Below are positions 38,132 through 53,507 of a stretch of DNA of 64,000 nt, in pieces. The notes beneath the pieces were generated by a model. The model was not told the DNA's origin. It searched no databases and worked only from the letters and a program-made list of their open reading frames with translations. A program made the position numbers and the translations under genes. Source of the DNA: Octopus vulgaris (lineage: Eukaryota); contig OX597814.1 in the NCBI GenBank assembly GCA_951406725.2, forward strand, positions 147,746,001-147,810,000, read 5' to 3'. Position 1 is the stretch's first letter. Each line of letters begins with the position of its first letter.

Positions 38132-38865
38132 ATGTTCACCTATATTCGTATGTGAATGTGTGTAGGTGTTCTGTGTTCGAGTGCATGAGAGCGCGTATGC
38201 GTCTATATCTCCGTCTGCGTATTCGTGAATCTGTGTATGTACATAATACAAAACCATGCATCGATCAATATATATTCCAGTTATTTCATTGTTGATATTC
38301 TCTTTGCTGTTTCTGTGTTAATGGTTGAAGAAGTTGCCAATAATGTACGAATGCTGAAAAATCAAAGCTCAGCACAATATCACAGCATGTTTTATAGATG
38401 TACACCTATGTACGTTTGATTATAGAGTGATCTCGTGTGTGTATATTTGTATAAGGTTTATATCAGAATGCATTATGAAAGCATACAATGTGTCCGTGTA
38501 CTAAACTACATATTATATTATGTGTATAACATATCTATGTATTATGTCTATATAGTATGCATATATGCATATCTATAAATTATGTGTGTATTACGTGTAT
38601 GTATGTATATACTTCTGCATTCTGCATGTTATGTATGTATTATGCATATATGATCGAGAAAAGGTATGATTAAAGAGATTCCAACTTTGACCATCACGTC
38701 TTTTTTTATATGTCTGGATGCCCAGTAGCTGAATCGTTATCGGAAATGTTGTGGTAAGATTTTTAGAGAATTGGCGTGCCCTTTGGCTGATAGTACTAGT
38801 GAAGGGACCAGACGGAATTTCGCTCGTGGCTCGTATACATAGATGCATGCGTATATCTTTTATGC

Positions 38866-39005
38866 CTTTATTCTTTTATCCGTTTCAGTCGTTTGACTGC
38901 GGCCATGCTGGAACACCGCCTTTTAGACGAACGAATCGACCCCAGGACTTATTCTTTGTAAGCCTGGTACTTATTCTATCGGCTCTTTTGCCGAACCGCT
39001 AAGTT
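38866..39005 (-). mobile_element. SINE family A, 3' fragment
   Basis: GTTTCAGTCGTTTGACTGCGGCCATGCTGG...GCCGAACCGCTAAGTTA. Confidence 0.85.
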
Positions 39006-39138
39006 ATATATATAGATGGGGGCGAGTGTGTGCATGTGTGTATATATTTCTCTTAGGCATTCTGAAACGAATAACCTGGAGTAGAACTCAGTTATACATC
39101 GGAATGAAGTTTTGTACGAGTACAGAGCGGTAATAGAA

Positions 39139-39213
39139 AATTAGACGACAAAGGAATAACCAATGATCTAATGAACTTCGTTAGATAATTGCTTTATCCT
39201 TTGTCGTCTAATT
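39139..39213. repeat. 75-nt imperfect fold-back hairpin
   Basis: AATTAGACGACAAAGGA / TCCTTTGTCGTCTAATT form a perfect 17-bp outer stem; inner ATCTAATGAA / TTCGTTAGAT. Confidence 0.9.
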
Positions 39214-40119
39214 CACTTATGTAGTGAGATAGTGAGTGCTCCAGTATGACAGTAGTTCCATGTCTGAAACATACAAAAAAAATAGATGTGTGTGCATTTA
39301 TTTATTTATGTATGGATGTCTGTGTATGTGGGTTTGTGAATTTGGATATCTGTGTGTGTGTGTGTGAGAGAGAGAGAGATCGAGGTGTTTTTGTTGTTGT
39401 TGTTGTGTGTGTACTCGTGTGTCATAAGATTTATGTAATACACAACTATTAGCAACTCTTGTACAAACAAATTTATAAATCCCAAAATAAACTACATACG
39501 GCTCATAAATATGTAGAAAACATTCTCCGTGACTCGTTGGATAAAACAGAATATGTGAGATGTTACATATATTTGTTTAAGACTAGTATCGAAATATAAA
39601 CATCGTTATGAGCGCAAATGTGTGTGTATGCGTATATACGTGTATGTGTACATAAACACACGCATGTATACACACATATAAAATGTGTGTGAATATTATA
39701 GGTACATAAAAATGAATATACACCGAACATATATATATATAACTCAAAACATCCAAATATGTGTGTGTGTGTGTGTGTATTTGTGAAAATGCATTTGTTT
39801 TTATATTTGTAATTATGGGTGTGAAAATATATGAACTCATAAATGCATACATATAGAAGGATGCATGTATATGTAGGTGAATGATTGTGTGTGACAATGT
39901 CTATCAGAAATTTACAAAGACAGAAAAAAGAAAAAAAGCATTTAATAAGTTCCACTCAACTCCAAACGAAGTTTCGTAGTTTGGTAGACAAACCTATCCC
40001 ATCAAGTATCGAGAGAAGATGTGTGTGTGTGTGTATAAATCTTTTTGTATAGATAGACAGATAGATAGAGAGATAGATAAACTAACAGATAGATAGATAG
40101 ATAGATAAACTGACAGATT

Positions 40120-40193
<74 letters not shown>

Positions 40194-40260
40194 CCCACCC
40201 AACCCCACCCACGAAAGCGGTGTTGTATTACATCGGTCAGATATATATTTATTATACTTA

Positions 40261-40475
40261 GGGCGGCGAGCTGGCAGAAACGTAAGCACGTCGGGCGAAA
40301 TGCTTAGCGGTATTTCGTCTGTCTTTGCGTTGTGAGTTCATATTCTGCCGAGGACGACTTTGCCTTTCAACCTTTCGGGGAAGATAAATTAAGGACCAGT
40401 TGCGTACTGGGGCCGATCTAATCGACTGGATCCCCACCAAAAAATTTCGGGCCTTGTGCCTAGAGTAGAAAAGAA
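40261..40475 (+). mobile_element. SINE family B (tail 2), full length
   Basis: GGGCGGCGAGCTGGCAGAAACG...GAGTTCATATTC...GGCCTTGTGCCTAGAGTAGAAAAGA. Confidence 0.9.
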
Positions 40476-40965
40476 TATTATATACTTACATATATACATA
40501 CATAATTAGGTACATATACAAATAGTTTAATAAAGAGTATAAAGAATAATTTAAAGTTATACTGTATCAACACACACACACACACACACACATGTACGAG
40601 ATCGTTACCACTACACGCATATACCATTAATCATAAATACGATATACCTTTCTAAGATTCTTTATGTATACATCAATATATCAACACGTATACGTATACA
40701 GCGCATATGCAGTGATAATTTTTGTTTACTTATGAAAGAAAAAATAAACAGACATCACAAATAAGGTTAGAGAGAAGCTGATCATTGAACCCGCATATCG
40801 ACAATGCAAAATTGTGCAGGGGCTGGAGACAAACCACGACCTGTCTAATAAACATCATCTGCTCCCATTCATACATTTAGATGTGTAAAACATCGATTAA
40901 CTCTGGCTTTTTATTATCTGCAGCAGAACATTCTTTGTTTAATAAACGGGTATAATCAAGTCAGC

Positions 40966-41004
<39 letters not shown>

Positions 41005-41532
41005 ACGTACCTATATTGATTTGTATTTCCCTCTCGCTCTCATACACACACACACACATATACATATAATTATTATTATCATTTTATTATCATTATTATT
41101 ATTACTTAAAACAGTTGGATTCGGCTACAAGCGACTTAGGGTTTTTCGCAGGCTTGCAACAGAAACCTGCCTCGTTCAGGTTCATACACTTATACAATAT
41201 AAACATACTTTCATACTACATATACTCAGTAGCGCATAGATACATATATATATATATATATATATGTAATTATGTGTGTGTGTGTGCACAGATACAAGTA
41301 CACTTAGATTCTTAGATTACATCATATATAAATACATATACATAGAAACCCATATGCATTTATTTATGAAAAATACACATGAATACAGTTATTTGTATAC
41401 TCTATGCATATGAATATCAGCAATGTAATATACATACATGCTCTATTTCTCTGCACACATTCATCTATCCATACATACAATATATATATATATATATGTA
41501 CACACACACATGCACTTACACAGAAACGGATA

Positions 41533-41578
<46 letters not shown>

Positions 41579-41625
41579 TATACATATATAGTCATAGATG
41601 CGTAAATATATATTTGTACATGTGA

Positions 41626-41659
<34 letters not shown>

Positions 41660-42161
41660 ACTTATAGACATACATATCCTCGCACAACACGTATTATCGC
41701 GTCTAATGGATGCGTTTGCTCTTTCACAATGCATAAATGTTTACGATTTCAGAAACAAGCGTAGCAGTAGTAGTAGTAGTAGCAGTAGCAGTAGCAGTAG
41801 ATTTTTTTTTTTTTTACTTTTTTTTTTTTTGTTGATGTTGTGAAAGTCGTGGTTGACGTCGTGTTTGATTCAGATAGTTGCCTGGAGCGCTTTGCATCAA
41901 TAGAAACGGTACACTAGACTTTTCATGATTATACCTGGCAGCATTTTTGTTACAAAGCTTAAAGTTGCCAGTTCAATTCCCGCTGGGCTTCATTTTTATA
42001 CTTTGTATTCCTCTATGGTTGATAACATATCTAACAAGCATAAATTTGGGAAGGAGAAGAATGTACAGGAGGTTGGCTTGCATGGTGGAAGAGTACAGGA
42101 TCACGATAAACCCCTCTCTCTCTCATAAAATCCACACATTTATACATACATACACACAGAC

Positions 42162-42195
<34 letters not shown>

Positions 42196-42207
42196 GTCTA
42201 TGTGTGC

Positions 42208-42259
<52 letters not shown>

Positions 42260-43399
42260 AATATATATAATACACATATCTACAAGTATATACATATATA
42301 TGTATATAAATATATATACATATATATATATACTAGTAAATATATGTCTATATGTATATATATACACATATACACTAGTAAATATATATTTGTGTGTGTG
42401 TATATATATATGTATATATATGTATATTTATAAACATATACTAGTAAATATATATGTATATATATGTATGTATATATACATGTATATATATATATGCACA
42501 CATATATACAAGTATATACAGGCATGTATATATGCATACGTATATGTATATAAATATATATATATATATATACCTATAACTATATACAGACATGTATATA
42601 TGCATATAAATATCTATCTGTATGTACACACACATATATAAATACACACAACACACACATACACACATATATATATATATATATATTATTATTATTATTA
42701 TATACACACAGCACACACATATACATATGGCATTCTGCCTATGAATAGAAAAAAAAACTGTTAGTGTTTTTGCTTGTGTTGCTCTTCCTTATTGCAATAC
42801 TTATCGTTGTTATTGTTGTACTTGGTGTCCCTCTTTGATATTGCCAGTGTTGCTCTTCGTGATGTAAATACTGTTGTCCATACATACTGTTATTGTTGTT
42901 TTGATTGCTGTTTTTTGTTTTCCCATAAGTTCTCCCCCTTATCATCCTACTGTCGTAAGATACGCGCTACTCCTATCACTACGCGAACTCAGACACACAC
43001 ACACACGCGTTAAAAGTCATACACAAAATACTCATACCAAACCTTTCGAATATAAGTAATGTTGTTTGTAGCGCGCGCATGCGCATTCCCCCTCCCCCAC
43101 ATACACATTTGGATAGATAGATGATTGTATGGATGGATGTATGGAGGGATGAGCTGGATGTAAAAGGAGGTTCTCCATCTGTTTCGGCAATCAGGTCGCA
43201 ACTGTAAAGCTCAACAAAATTACCTGCACATATAGTATTAAACTCGAAGTGAGTGAACTCTCAACATAGACACGTGTATCTGAAACGTTGTCGGCAGGCA
43301 CGTGTGTGTGTGTCAGTGTGTAAACTTATATAATTTATATATACATATACACACAAATGCACATACACTCACATACATATCATTATACAAAAATACATA

Positions 43400-43415
43400 C
43401 GCACACACATACATT

Positions 43416-43446
<31 letters not shown>

Positions 43447-43471
43447 GTATGTATGTGTGTGTATATATATG

Positions 43472-43502
<31 letters not shown>

Positions 43503-43796
43503 GCATGTATATATATATATATGTATATATATATGTTTATATGTATATGTATATATGTATGTATATGTATATATGTGTGTATATGAATATATGTATGTAT
43601 ATATATATATGTATGTATATTTATATATATGTATGTATATGTATAAATATATGTATATGTATGTATAGTGTATATATATATATATATGTATATTTATATA
43701 TATGTATATGTATATATATATGTACATGTATATATATGTATATGTATGTATATGTATGTATATGTATATATATATGTATATGTATGTATATGTATG

Positions 43797-43827
<31 letters not shown>

Positions 43828-44324
43828 GTATATATATGTATATGTATGTATATGTATGTATATATATATATGTATGTGTATATATATGTATGTATATATA
43901 TATGTATGCATATGTATATATATGTATGCATATGTATATATATGTATATATGTATATATATATGTATATATATATATATAAATATATATGTATATATATA
44001 TGTATATATATATATATAAATATATATGTATATATATGTATATATGTATATATATATGTATATATATATATAAATATATATGTATGTATATATATATATA
44101 TAAATATATATGTATGTATATGTATATATATATGTATGTATATATATATATGTATATGTATATATATATGTATGTATATATATATATGCATATGTATATA
44201 TATATGTATGTATATATATATATGTATGTGTATATATATATATATATGCATATATATATATGTATGTGTATGTATATATATATATGTATGTGTATGTATA
44301 TATATATATATATGTATGTGTATG

Positions 44325-44355
<31 letters not shown>

Positions 44356-44357
44356 GC

Positions 44358-44401
<44 letters not shown>

Positions 44402-44486
44402 ATGTATATATATGTATGCGTATGTATATATATATATATATGTATGCGTATATATATATATGCATATGTATATATATGTATATATG

Positions 44487-44536
<50 letters not shown>

Positions 44537-44548
44537 CATGTATGTATA

Positions 44549-44582
<34 letters not shown>

Positions 44583-44600
44583 CATACATACAAATGCATA
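43400..44600. repeat. ~1.2-kb compound (TA/TATG)n microsatellite array
   Basis: Direct observation; source of the longest spurious ORFs. Confidence 0.97.
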
Positions 44601-44946
44601 CAAAACTATTTATCATTACTAATTTAACAGCCTGTATGAAATAACACTATTAAACGCCAATATCTTCTCCCCAACATATACTGCAATGCATTGATGGACA
44701 CATGCACATTGCGTTCACCTCTGCTCGGTCATTCCTTTGTGCAGACTTGCATCCAAAGTGCAGGCAGAGGTGGCGTATTTTTGTCGGAATTAAGTGCAAG
44801 GCTTTCTCTTTTTCCCTGACTCATTCTCTCACTCTTTCTTTCTCTCTTTACGTTTTTCTCTTTCATTATTTATATAGCTTTATTCTTCATTCTCGGCCTG
44901 TTTATCGATTTATTGATTTGGCGCTGAATGTATCTAGCTGTCCAAA

Positions 44947-45170
<224 letters not shown>

Positions 45171-45477
45171 TATTTTATTTTCTTGTCTCTTTTTCTTTCC
45201 CTGTTTCTCTAAACAATCAAGGAAGCAGCCTCCACATCCCCTCTCTCTCCCTACCACTTAACCCCCCCACTCCCACTTTCTCTCTTACTCTCTCTCAGAC
45301 ACAGACACCCACTCACCTATATCAATTTATCAATCTCTCTCTCTCTTTCTCTCAATGCATTTATGTAAATACAGACACACACACACTTACATACTTATAT
45401 AAATATATATATCTATATATCTCTCTCTATATATATTTCCGCGTGTATGTTTGTATCTATATATATGTGTGTGGGTG

Positions 45478-45516
<39 letters not shown>

Positions 45517-45737
45517 GTGAGTGCGTATGTGTAAACATATATATATATAAATATATGTATATATATATGTGTGTGTACACACACACACATACAAGGAGAT
45601 ATCGAAATCGAGGGAGAGAGAATATCCGCCTTCCTCCTCTCATGGCTTGTATATTCTCCATATGTCCCCATATATTTTCTTCTGTCTTACCCAATTTTAG
45701 CATTTTACTCGTATGAAGGCCACCTAGGTTTTCTTAA

Positions 45738-45774
<37 letters not shown>

Positions 45775-46258
45775 CCATACCTATAGTAATATGTATTCCA
45801 TAGTGTTTCGCACTTCTGTCTTTCCTTATTACTATATTTCTCCTGATCTTACAACTTCACACTTCAACTCCATTTACAAACATTACAAACAGACTCACAC
45901 GCACGCACAGAACGTGCGCACGTACATTATCACATCTGTATATCCCCTCTCTCTGTCTTTCTTTCTTTCTCTCTCTTTCGGTCTTTCTTTGTTTGTCTCT
46001 CTATCCCGCTGTTTCATTCTCTCTCTCTCAACAGTAATTTCTCAGGCAGATCTAACTCAGTCACTCATGCACTCAGCATGTTTCAACCCACCACAGTCCT
46101 ACATGTGACCCCGTCACGTTCTCTCTCTCCTCTTTGTCATATACAAACACACATATATTCATATAGGTGTATAATTCCTCTTGTTTTTTTCATTGTATTC
46201 ACGTTATATAAATATGTATCTGCCTATCTTTCTGTCTATCTCTCCCTCACTTTCTATT

Positions 46259-46354
<96 letters not shown>

Positions 46355-46999
46355 GTGTGTATGTATGTATGTATGTAGCTATCTATCTATGTGTGTATGT
46401 ATGTATGTATGTAGCTATCTATCTATATGTCTATGTATGTAAGTATGTATCTATCAATCTATATACATGTGTGAGTGTGGGTGGGTGTATATATATAGGG
46501 AGAGAGGGAGATATGTATTTTGTATGTATAAGCACACACAGACACACACGCACGCGCACACACACATATGCATCAACCTAATGGAACTGTTTTGCGGAAA
46601 CCCTGTTTGCTGTGCCTTTAATTCAATACTCCTACAGCTCTCTCTTTGTCTTCAAACGGCCATCTATTTCCTCATCTTTCCATCAAACCCACTATTTCTC
46701 AACCCCTGTTTGCCTATGGATTCCTTTCTTATTCTACTAAACCCTCATAGCTAATCAATATTTTCAAAAATCCTGTTATATATTGTTTTTATAATTAAAT
46801 ACTATTAGGAATTATGTAAAAAGAAATTGTGAAAACATTTTGTGCATTGTTGATATATAGCCAATTTTATATGAACCCTAGGGTGATATGGATCGCGGTT
46901 GAGAACTAATACAGTAACAATATATAGTCGCCCGAAAACTTATCTCATTTCCTTACTACTTCAAGGGCCGAGTAGATAATTTACTCTTCGATTTACTCC

Positions 47000-47034
<35 letters not shown>

Positions 47035-47043
47035 TAATAATAA

Positions 47044-47410
47044 TCCTTTGTACTATAGGGCACAAGGCCTGGAATTTGGCAGGAAGGGACTAGTCGATTA
47101 CATCGATCCCCAGTGTTTCATTGGTACTTAATTTATCGACCCCGGAACGGCGGAATTTGAACTCAGAACGTAGCGGCAGACGAAATACCTATTTCTTTAC
47201 TACCCCACAAGGGGCTAAACACAGAGAGGACGAACAAGGACAGACTAACGGGTTAAATCGATTACATCGACCCCACTGCTTAACTGATACTTATTTAATC
47301 GACCTCGAAAGGATGAGAGGCAAAGTCGAGCTCGGCGGAATTTGAACTCAGAGCGCAGCGGCAGACGAAATACGGCTAAGCATTTCGCCCGGCGTGCTAA
47401 CGATTCTGCC

Positions 47411-47411
<1 letters not shown>
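47044..47411 (-). mobile_element. SINE family B dimer (tail 1 unit + tail 2 unit) inside an (AAT)n tract
   Basis: Junction CGAAATACC|TATTTCTTT at ~47189; (AAT)n on both sides. Confidence 0.88.
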
Positions 47412-47444
<33 letters not shown>

Positions 47445-47547
47445 TTGATCAGATGGTCGTGCATCAGTGAATTTTCATTATTGGGTTTTTAAAGCAGGGA
47501 CAGTATGAGGCTTAATCGCATTCAACACTTATATTTGTTATTGTAGC

Positions 47548-47745
47548 TTTTTTAGCCCCAGGAAATCGGTAAACGAATAGACAGGCCTTTTATCGAAAGG
47601 CTTTTAAACCATGACTATCTCATAGGGTTTGTCTTTTTAGTTTTCGCAAGGAATCATTCCAGGTTTACATTGTGCAGTTTATACCGATCTGATTGAGGGG
47701 AGAGTAGGTTACGATTTCTAATAAGTCTAACGATCACTTTGTGTG
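47548..47745. repeat. Family E repeat
   Basis: TTTAGCCCCAGG...AAAGGC...CCATGACTATC ... GATTTCTAATA. Confidence 0.55.
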
Positions 47746-48773
47746 TCTCTTTCACGTTTGCTATGCAGTTTTCCTCGTTTCAACTATTCCTACTGCACAT
47801 GTTCATTCATACATTCGCTTATTCGTTCGTTCGATCTTTCCTCAATTCGTTAGCTTATATGTTCCTTCCTTCCGAACAGCTCATGTGCTGTTGAAACTAA
47901 CAGTTCGAGTGCATTGAAACACAGAACATGCTGAGTTGCACTCTGCTGCACATGTCTCAAATCAACATCCGACATACTGCATATTTCAAATTAAGTTGTT
48001 CTAAATGCGGTATACATTTTAAAACACATACACACAAACACACACACACACACACACACACACATTTGTGTCTGTGCGTTTGTATGAATATAACATAATA
48101 CTATATTATATTATATTGTGTTATATTATATTATATAAATTTGCGAATGGCTGTAGATATATGCAGACACACATCGAAGTACTATACCTGAATGGATAAA
48201 ATGTTCGGTTCTTATCCACAAGGCCCCGGGTTCGATGCGGTTGCGAATCATCTTCGGCAAATTTGGTCATCAGTAGTCTCAGATGACCCATACCTGGGAA
48301 GTGAAATTAGGCCGACAGAAACTACCCAGAAGCCCATCGTTTATTTTAGAGAATTCGGTTAATGTTACACATATCTATAACTGTTCAGCCACATAAAATC
48401 AAATGTAGTGCACAGGCAACTCACCTGATCGAGTAAATCCATTCATATATATATATATGTATATACATGTATATACATGTATATATACAGATACATAGGA
48501 AATGAAAGTGTACTCACTACATTTACTGGAGTACAGTTATTTGTATATGAAGTTGAAGTACCACACCGTTGCTAAGGAAGATTTGTCACGTGATTCGATC
48601 GTTCAGAGCACAACGGTTTTGTTGTCACTAGAAAGATCGCATCCAGCGGTGTTAACTGCGAATAATGATCGAGCGAATGACTAGCTCCACACAAACCATG
48701 TGTGTGCGCGCGTGTATATGTGTATGTATGTATGTATGTATGTATGTGTGTGTACTCATACACATGCACAAGG

Positions 48774-48837
<64 letters not shown>

Positions 48838-49429
48838 GTGTGTGGATAAATTGGTGAGTAAAAAAAAACGCAATTCATGCATTGAACGTTGATGAGTTAT
48901 TTAATTGATATTAAAATAATATTAGTTGACGACTAATAACAGTTTCCACTGCAAGTGAGGAAAACAGCTCCAGACATGTGTTGTTTTATTGGAACACTTC
49001 AACGAAGTGCAGTCACAATATAATATGCCAGAGTAATTAGCTATTATCGATTAATTAAATAAATATACGGAAATGTGAATTTATTGACGTTGTGTCAGAG
49101 AGAAAAAAAATGAAAAAAAACGGCATTGATAATAATAATGATTAAAATCAGTGATTTACGTCAATGCAGTTGGGGAAAATTGAATATAAATAAAAGGAAA
49201 AATCAAAATTGAAGTTTTACATTAAAGTATTATATTAATTTTAATAGATTTCGGGTAAAAGTACTCCTTATCAAAGTAATAAAAGACAAAAGGACTTCAG
49301 GCTTTGTTCCTGTGTCAGATCTACATAAGTTAAAAAAAATTTCAAGAAATGATACTCTATTTTTTACTCTTGCTGTTGTTTTCCTTTCTTTTTTTCCTGT
49401 GTGTGTGTGTGAATGAGTGGGTGAGAGAG

Positions 49430-49630
49430 ACCATGCGCAGATGTATGATCAAAGACATTCAGACCGGGATTATCTTCCTTTCTTTAAGGCAAAGTGTAAA
49501 TCTGGATTAGAACTGTATTATTCTGGATACGCAATGCATACCTTATTCTTTCCAAGTCGCTAAGTTTTAATATGAGGGATATATGCGTGCTATTTTCAAC
49601 AGATCGAGCGACCAAGTAGAAGTTCCTTTC
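49430..49630. repeat. Family E repeat
   Basis: TATGATCAAAGACATTC ... GCTATTTTCAACAGATCGAGCGACCAAGTAGAAGTTCC. Confidence 0.6.
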
Positions 49631-50683
49631 TTCTATCGTAAGCTCGACTTTTCTGCATGATAGTTAGTCGTTACTTGGAAAGAATCTTGTCTAATGTTTA
49701 TAGAACTAGGTCTGGATTAGGAGAACCGGCTTAGAGTGGTATAAAAAGGCCTTGCAATGTGTTCTGTGGCTCCTTCTGAGTTCGAATCACATCAGAGTTT
49801 CATTTGCTTTAAAACATTCCAGTCATTAACAATGAATAAACAATCAGGCACATATAAACACAGTGTGTGTGCGTATGTGTGTGTGTATGTGTGTTTGTGT
49901 TTGTGTGTGTTCGTGTACGTTTTATATTTCATTCGTTTTTTAAACTTTATTTTTTGTTTGTGAACGTCGAAATTATACGTCCGTAAAAAATAATAAAAAT
50001 ATAATCCTTGTTTCTCTTATGATTAACTATTACACCAGCGATAAATTGAAACTGAACCCCTTTGTCAAATACATGAGAAACTGAATTGTCATAATGTGTA
50101 TCCATAATATAATAATAAAAGCGCTTATGGATTTGTATAACAATTTTATCATATCATATTTGGTTACGTTCAGTTTGCCTCTCTCCACTCCTAGTTTAAC
50201 TATGTATCGTTCCAGTTTGCAAATCCAGAGTTGAATACCATGCACAAATTTTGTCAAGAAAAATCTCTACGTAGTGATACAGCAAGGTCGTAAATTCTCC
50301 GACTGAAATGAGTCAAAGAGTAAAATATATATCTATATTTATCATTGACTGCACGCGTTTGCATTACTTAATATGTCATGCTAATGAGATCATTTATCTT
50401 GTGTGTAACAATCGATGACCAGAATCATTAGTGGCGCTTTACTCATCTGATCACTCTCCAAAATACATATTGTTTCTATGTCAGTTATAAACCTAATCAT
50501 TTCATTGAATGCTCTGATAGCATAAAGGTCTAAGTCATAAAGATAATCGTCAAATATAACTATTTACAATATAACTACTTACGTATTAGGAGGAAAAAAA
50601 TACACTGTATACAACGAATTTTGTGAGTACACTTGCTTTTCTTTGTGAAACCACTTTCAAATTATACAGTCATATACGTGTGC

Positions 50684-50716
<33 letters not shown>

Positions 50717-50910
50717 TAAAAGCAAGAATACACGCATTTATGTATGTATGTGTGTGTGGTGCATATGTATATATATTTATTAACACAAACATATACACAA
50801 GGTATAACGTATGTACGTGTATGTAAAAATAGAATGCACAAACATACAGTCGTGTTGGTGTGCGTTTCATATACATACATATATGTGTAATCTATTCAAT
50901 TGTACACAAG

Positions 50911-50966
<56 letters not shown>

Positions 50967-51455
50967 ATATATAGAGAGAGAGAGAGAGAGGAAGAGAGAG
51001 AATAATGAGACAGAGAGTGAGAGAGAAAAATAGAAGAATGAGCTATATACACCTACACATTACACACATGCACATATCAAATGTTATTAGATATTGTTGG
51101 AAAACGTCTGGTTGCACGTGTCTCTTGCTCCATTTCGCTTTAGCTCAATTGCAAAGAGCTAAGTCTATGACAAAATTCCTATGAAATAGCCATGAACTTC
51201 TTGGAAGCAAATATTTAGAACAAGCACACTGTTATTTATAGGTAATTTTAGAGAGATTATATTACAAAACTCAGTATGATGTAATTAATTGCTAATACAT
51301 CTGCTGGGTAAGTGAAACATAGTTAGTTCGATCCGAGAAGTATTAGTATTAGCTTTTGTTTTTCGTTTTTGTACTTTTGGGATTCCTAACAGACTGTAAA
51401 TGTTTAACGTTATAATTGTTTCGTTATATACAGAACACAATCTAATGTCTATTAA

Positions 51456-51494
<39 letters not shown>

Positions 51495-52115
51495 CGTATG
51501 TGCGTACATGCATGTATATAAAGTGTGTGTATATATGTCTGTATTTATATGTATATATATGTTTGCGCGCATCAAACGTGATACGCATGTGTGTATGCAT
51601 ATATATATATATACATACTTATACGTATTTTTATAATTTATCTTTGTCTGTTTGTCTCTCTCTCCCTCCTCTCTCTCTATATATGTATATATATGTACAT
51701 ACAAGTATATATATATATATATACGTATATATATGTGTATATATTCGTATATATATGTGTATATATACATTTGTATATATGTATATATATTATATACACA
51801 CATACACACACACACATATATGCTCACACACACGCACACATCCATGTATACATAATGCATATATGTCTATATTGTTATATATGTATTTACATATGCATAA
51901 GTATGTGCACATGTGTGTGAGTATATGCAAGAGAGATGCAGAGACAGAGTTAGAATGACAGAAAGCGAGATTAGACGAGGGAATACAACACAGACATACT
52001 CTAAGAACAATGCAGCAAAATGTGAGAAAGAAGACCCACATATATGAGTATGAATGTGTATATACATACACGAGCTCTTGTGACACAAAACCACAATCAC
52101 ATACACATTGTGTAT

Positions 52116-52159
<44 letters not shown>

Positions 52160-52939
52160 GCTTCGTTATAGACAAGTTCAACCATGTTCATACACGCATT
52201 ACATACGTAGCTGTTACATTCACATTCGTACACATCATCACTCGTTCTCACACATTAACATACTTGCATATACCAGCTCTCTCTCTCTCCTTCTCTCTTT
52301 CTCTCTTCCTCTTGTTTACATAATCTGCAGACACACACGTATTGTACAAATTCCATACTTATTTACAAACACACACACACACACACACACACTTGTGCAT
52401 ATTTTGTCTCTTTAGCGCACACACAATCTTATCATTCTCCCATACATTCATAAACACATAAATTTCTACCTACATATATACATGTTTCGTGTACACTCAT
52501 ACACAAATCACAGATTATCATTCATATACAACTCTGTAAAGTTATAAAATTCACACAAACCCACGTATATACATACATACATACATACATACATACATAC
52601 ACACCGAAAAATAAATTTACATGAATAAATAGACGAGCGTTTCAACAACTCACTAATACATAGAACAGAGCATTCAAGCATGCACGCATTCAAAAATCTA
52701 TGTATATATTTCGTTTGTTTGTTTTTAGCATGCAGATAAATGTATAATTGTGCAAGCAAGCATGCTATTAAGTGTTATTAGCAAGGACGATATTATTTTA
52801 GCAGAAAAATATAAAATTACGCAAGCATATGAGAAAAATACAAGAACACACAGTGTTAAAAATTCTGATGATAAGGTGGGGTGGGGTGAATAGCAATAGA
52901 GATTTTCTTTACTTTAATTATTTATTACAGCTTTCTCCG

Positions 52940-52990
<51 letters not shown>

Positions 52991-53099
52991 GCTTTTATTA
53001 CTATTGTAGTTGTTTTTTTGTTATGTTGTTCTTGTTCTTATTGATGCCATTGTTATCGCTGTTACCGCCGTTGTTGTTGCTCCTTTTGTTTTTGTTGAG

Positions 53100-53143
<44 letters not shown>

Positions 53144-53197
53144 CGTTATTATTATTATTATTATCGTTATTATTATTATTATCGTTATTATTATTAT

Positions 53198-53390
53198 AGC
53201 GTCGAAATGGCGGAATCGTTACCGGAGAAAATGCTTAGCCCCATTTCTCACGGCTCTTTTACGTTCTTGTGTTCAAATATTGCCAAGATCGATTTTTGCT
53301 TTTTTTCAATTCCGGATCGAGGAAATAAGTAAACGTTGAGGACAGGGTAGCAGCTTCCCAGAAATTTCAAGCCCTGTGCCTTTAAAAAAG

Positions 53391-53434
<44 letters not shown>

Positions 53435-53466
53435 TATTATTATTATTATCATTATTATTATTATTA

Positions 53467-53507
<41 letters not shown>

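Noticed and set aside
43383-44644. Longest ORFs (300-360 aa, Y/I/H/T/V/C-rich)
   Set aside because: Translations of (TA)/(TATG) microsatellites, which lack stops in most frames.
46570-46912. Possible second hAT MITE ending GGTTGAGAACTAAT
   Set aside because: The left TIR and TSD could not be identified.
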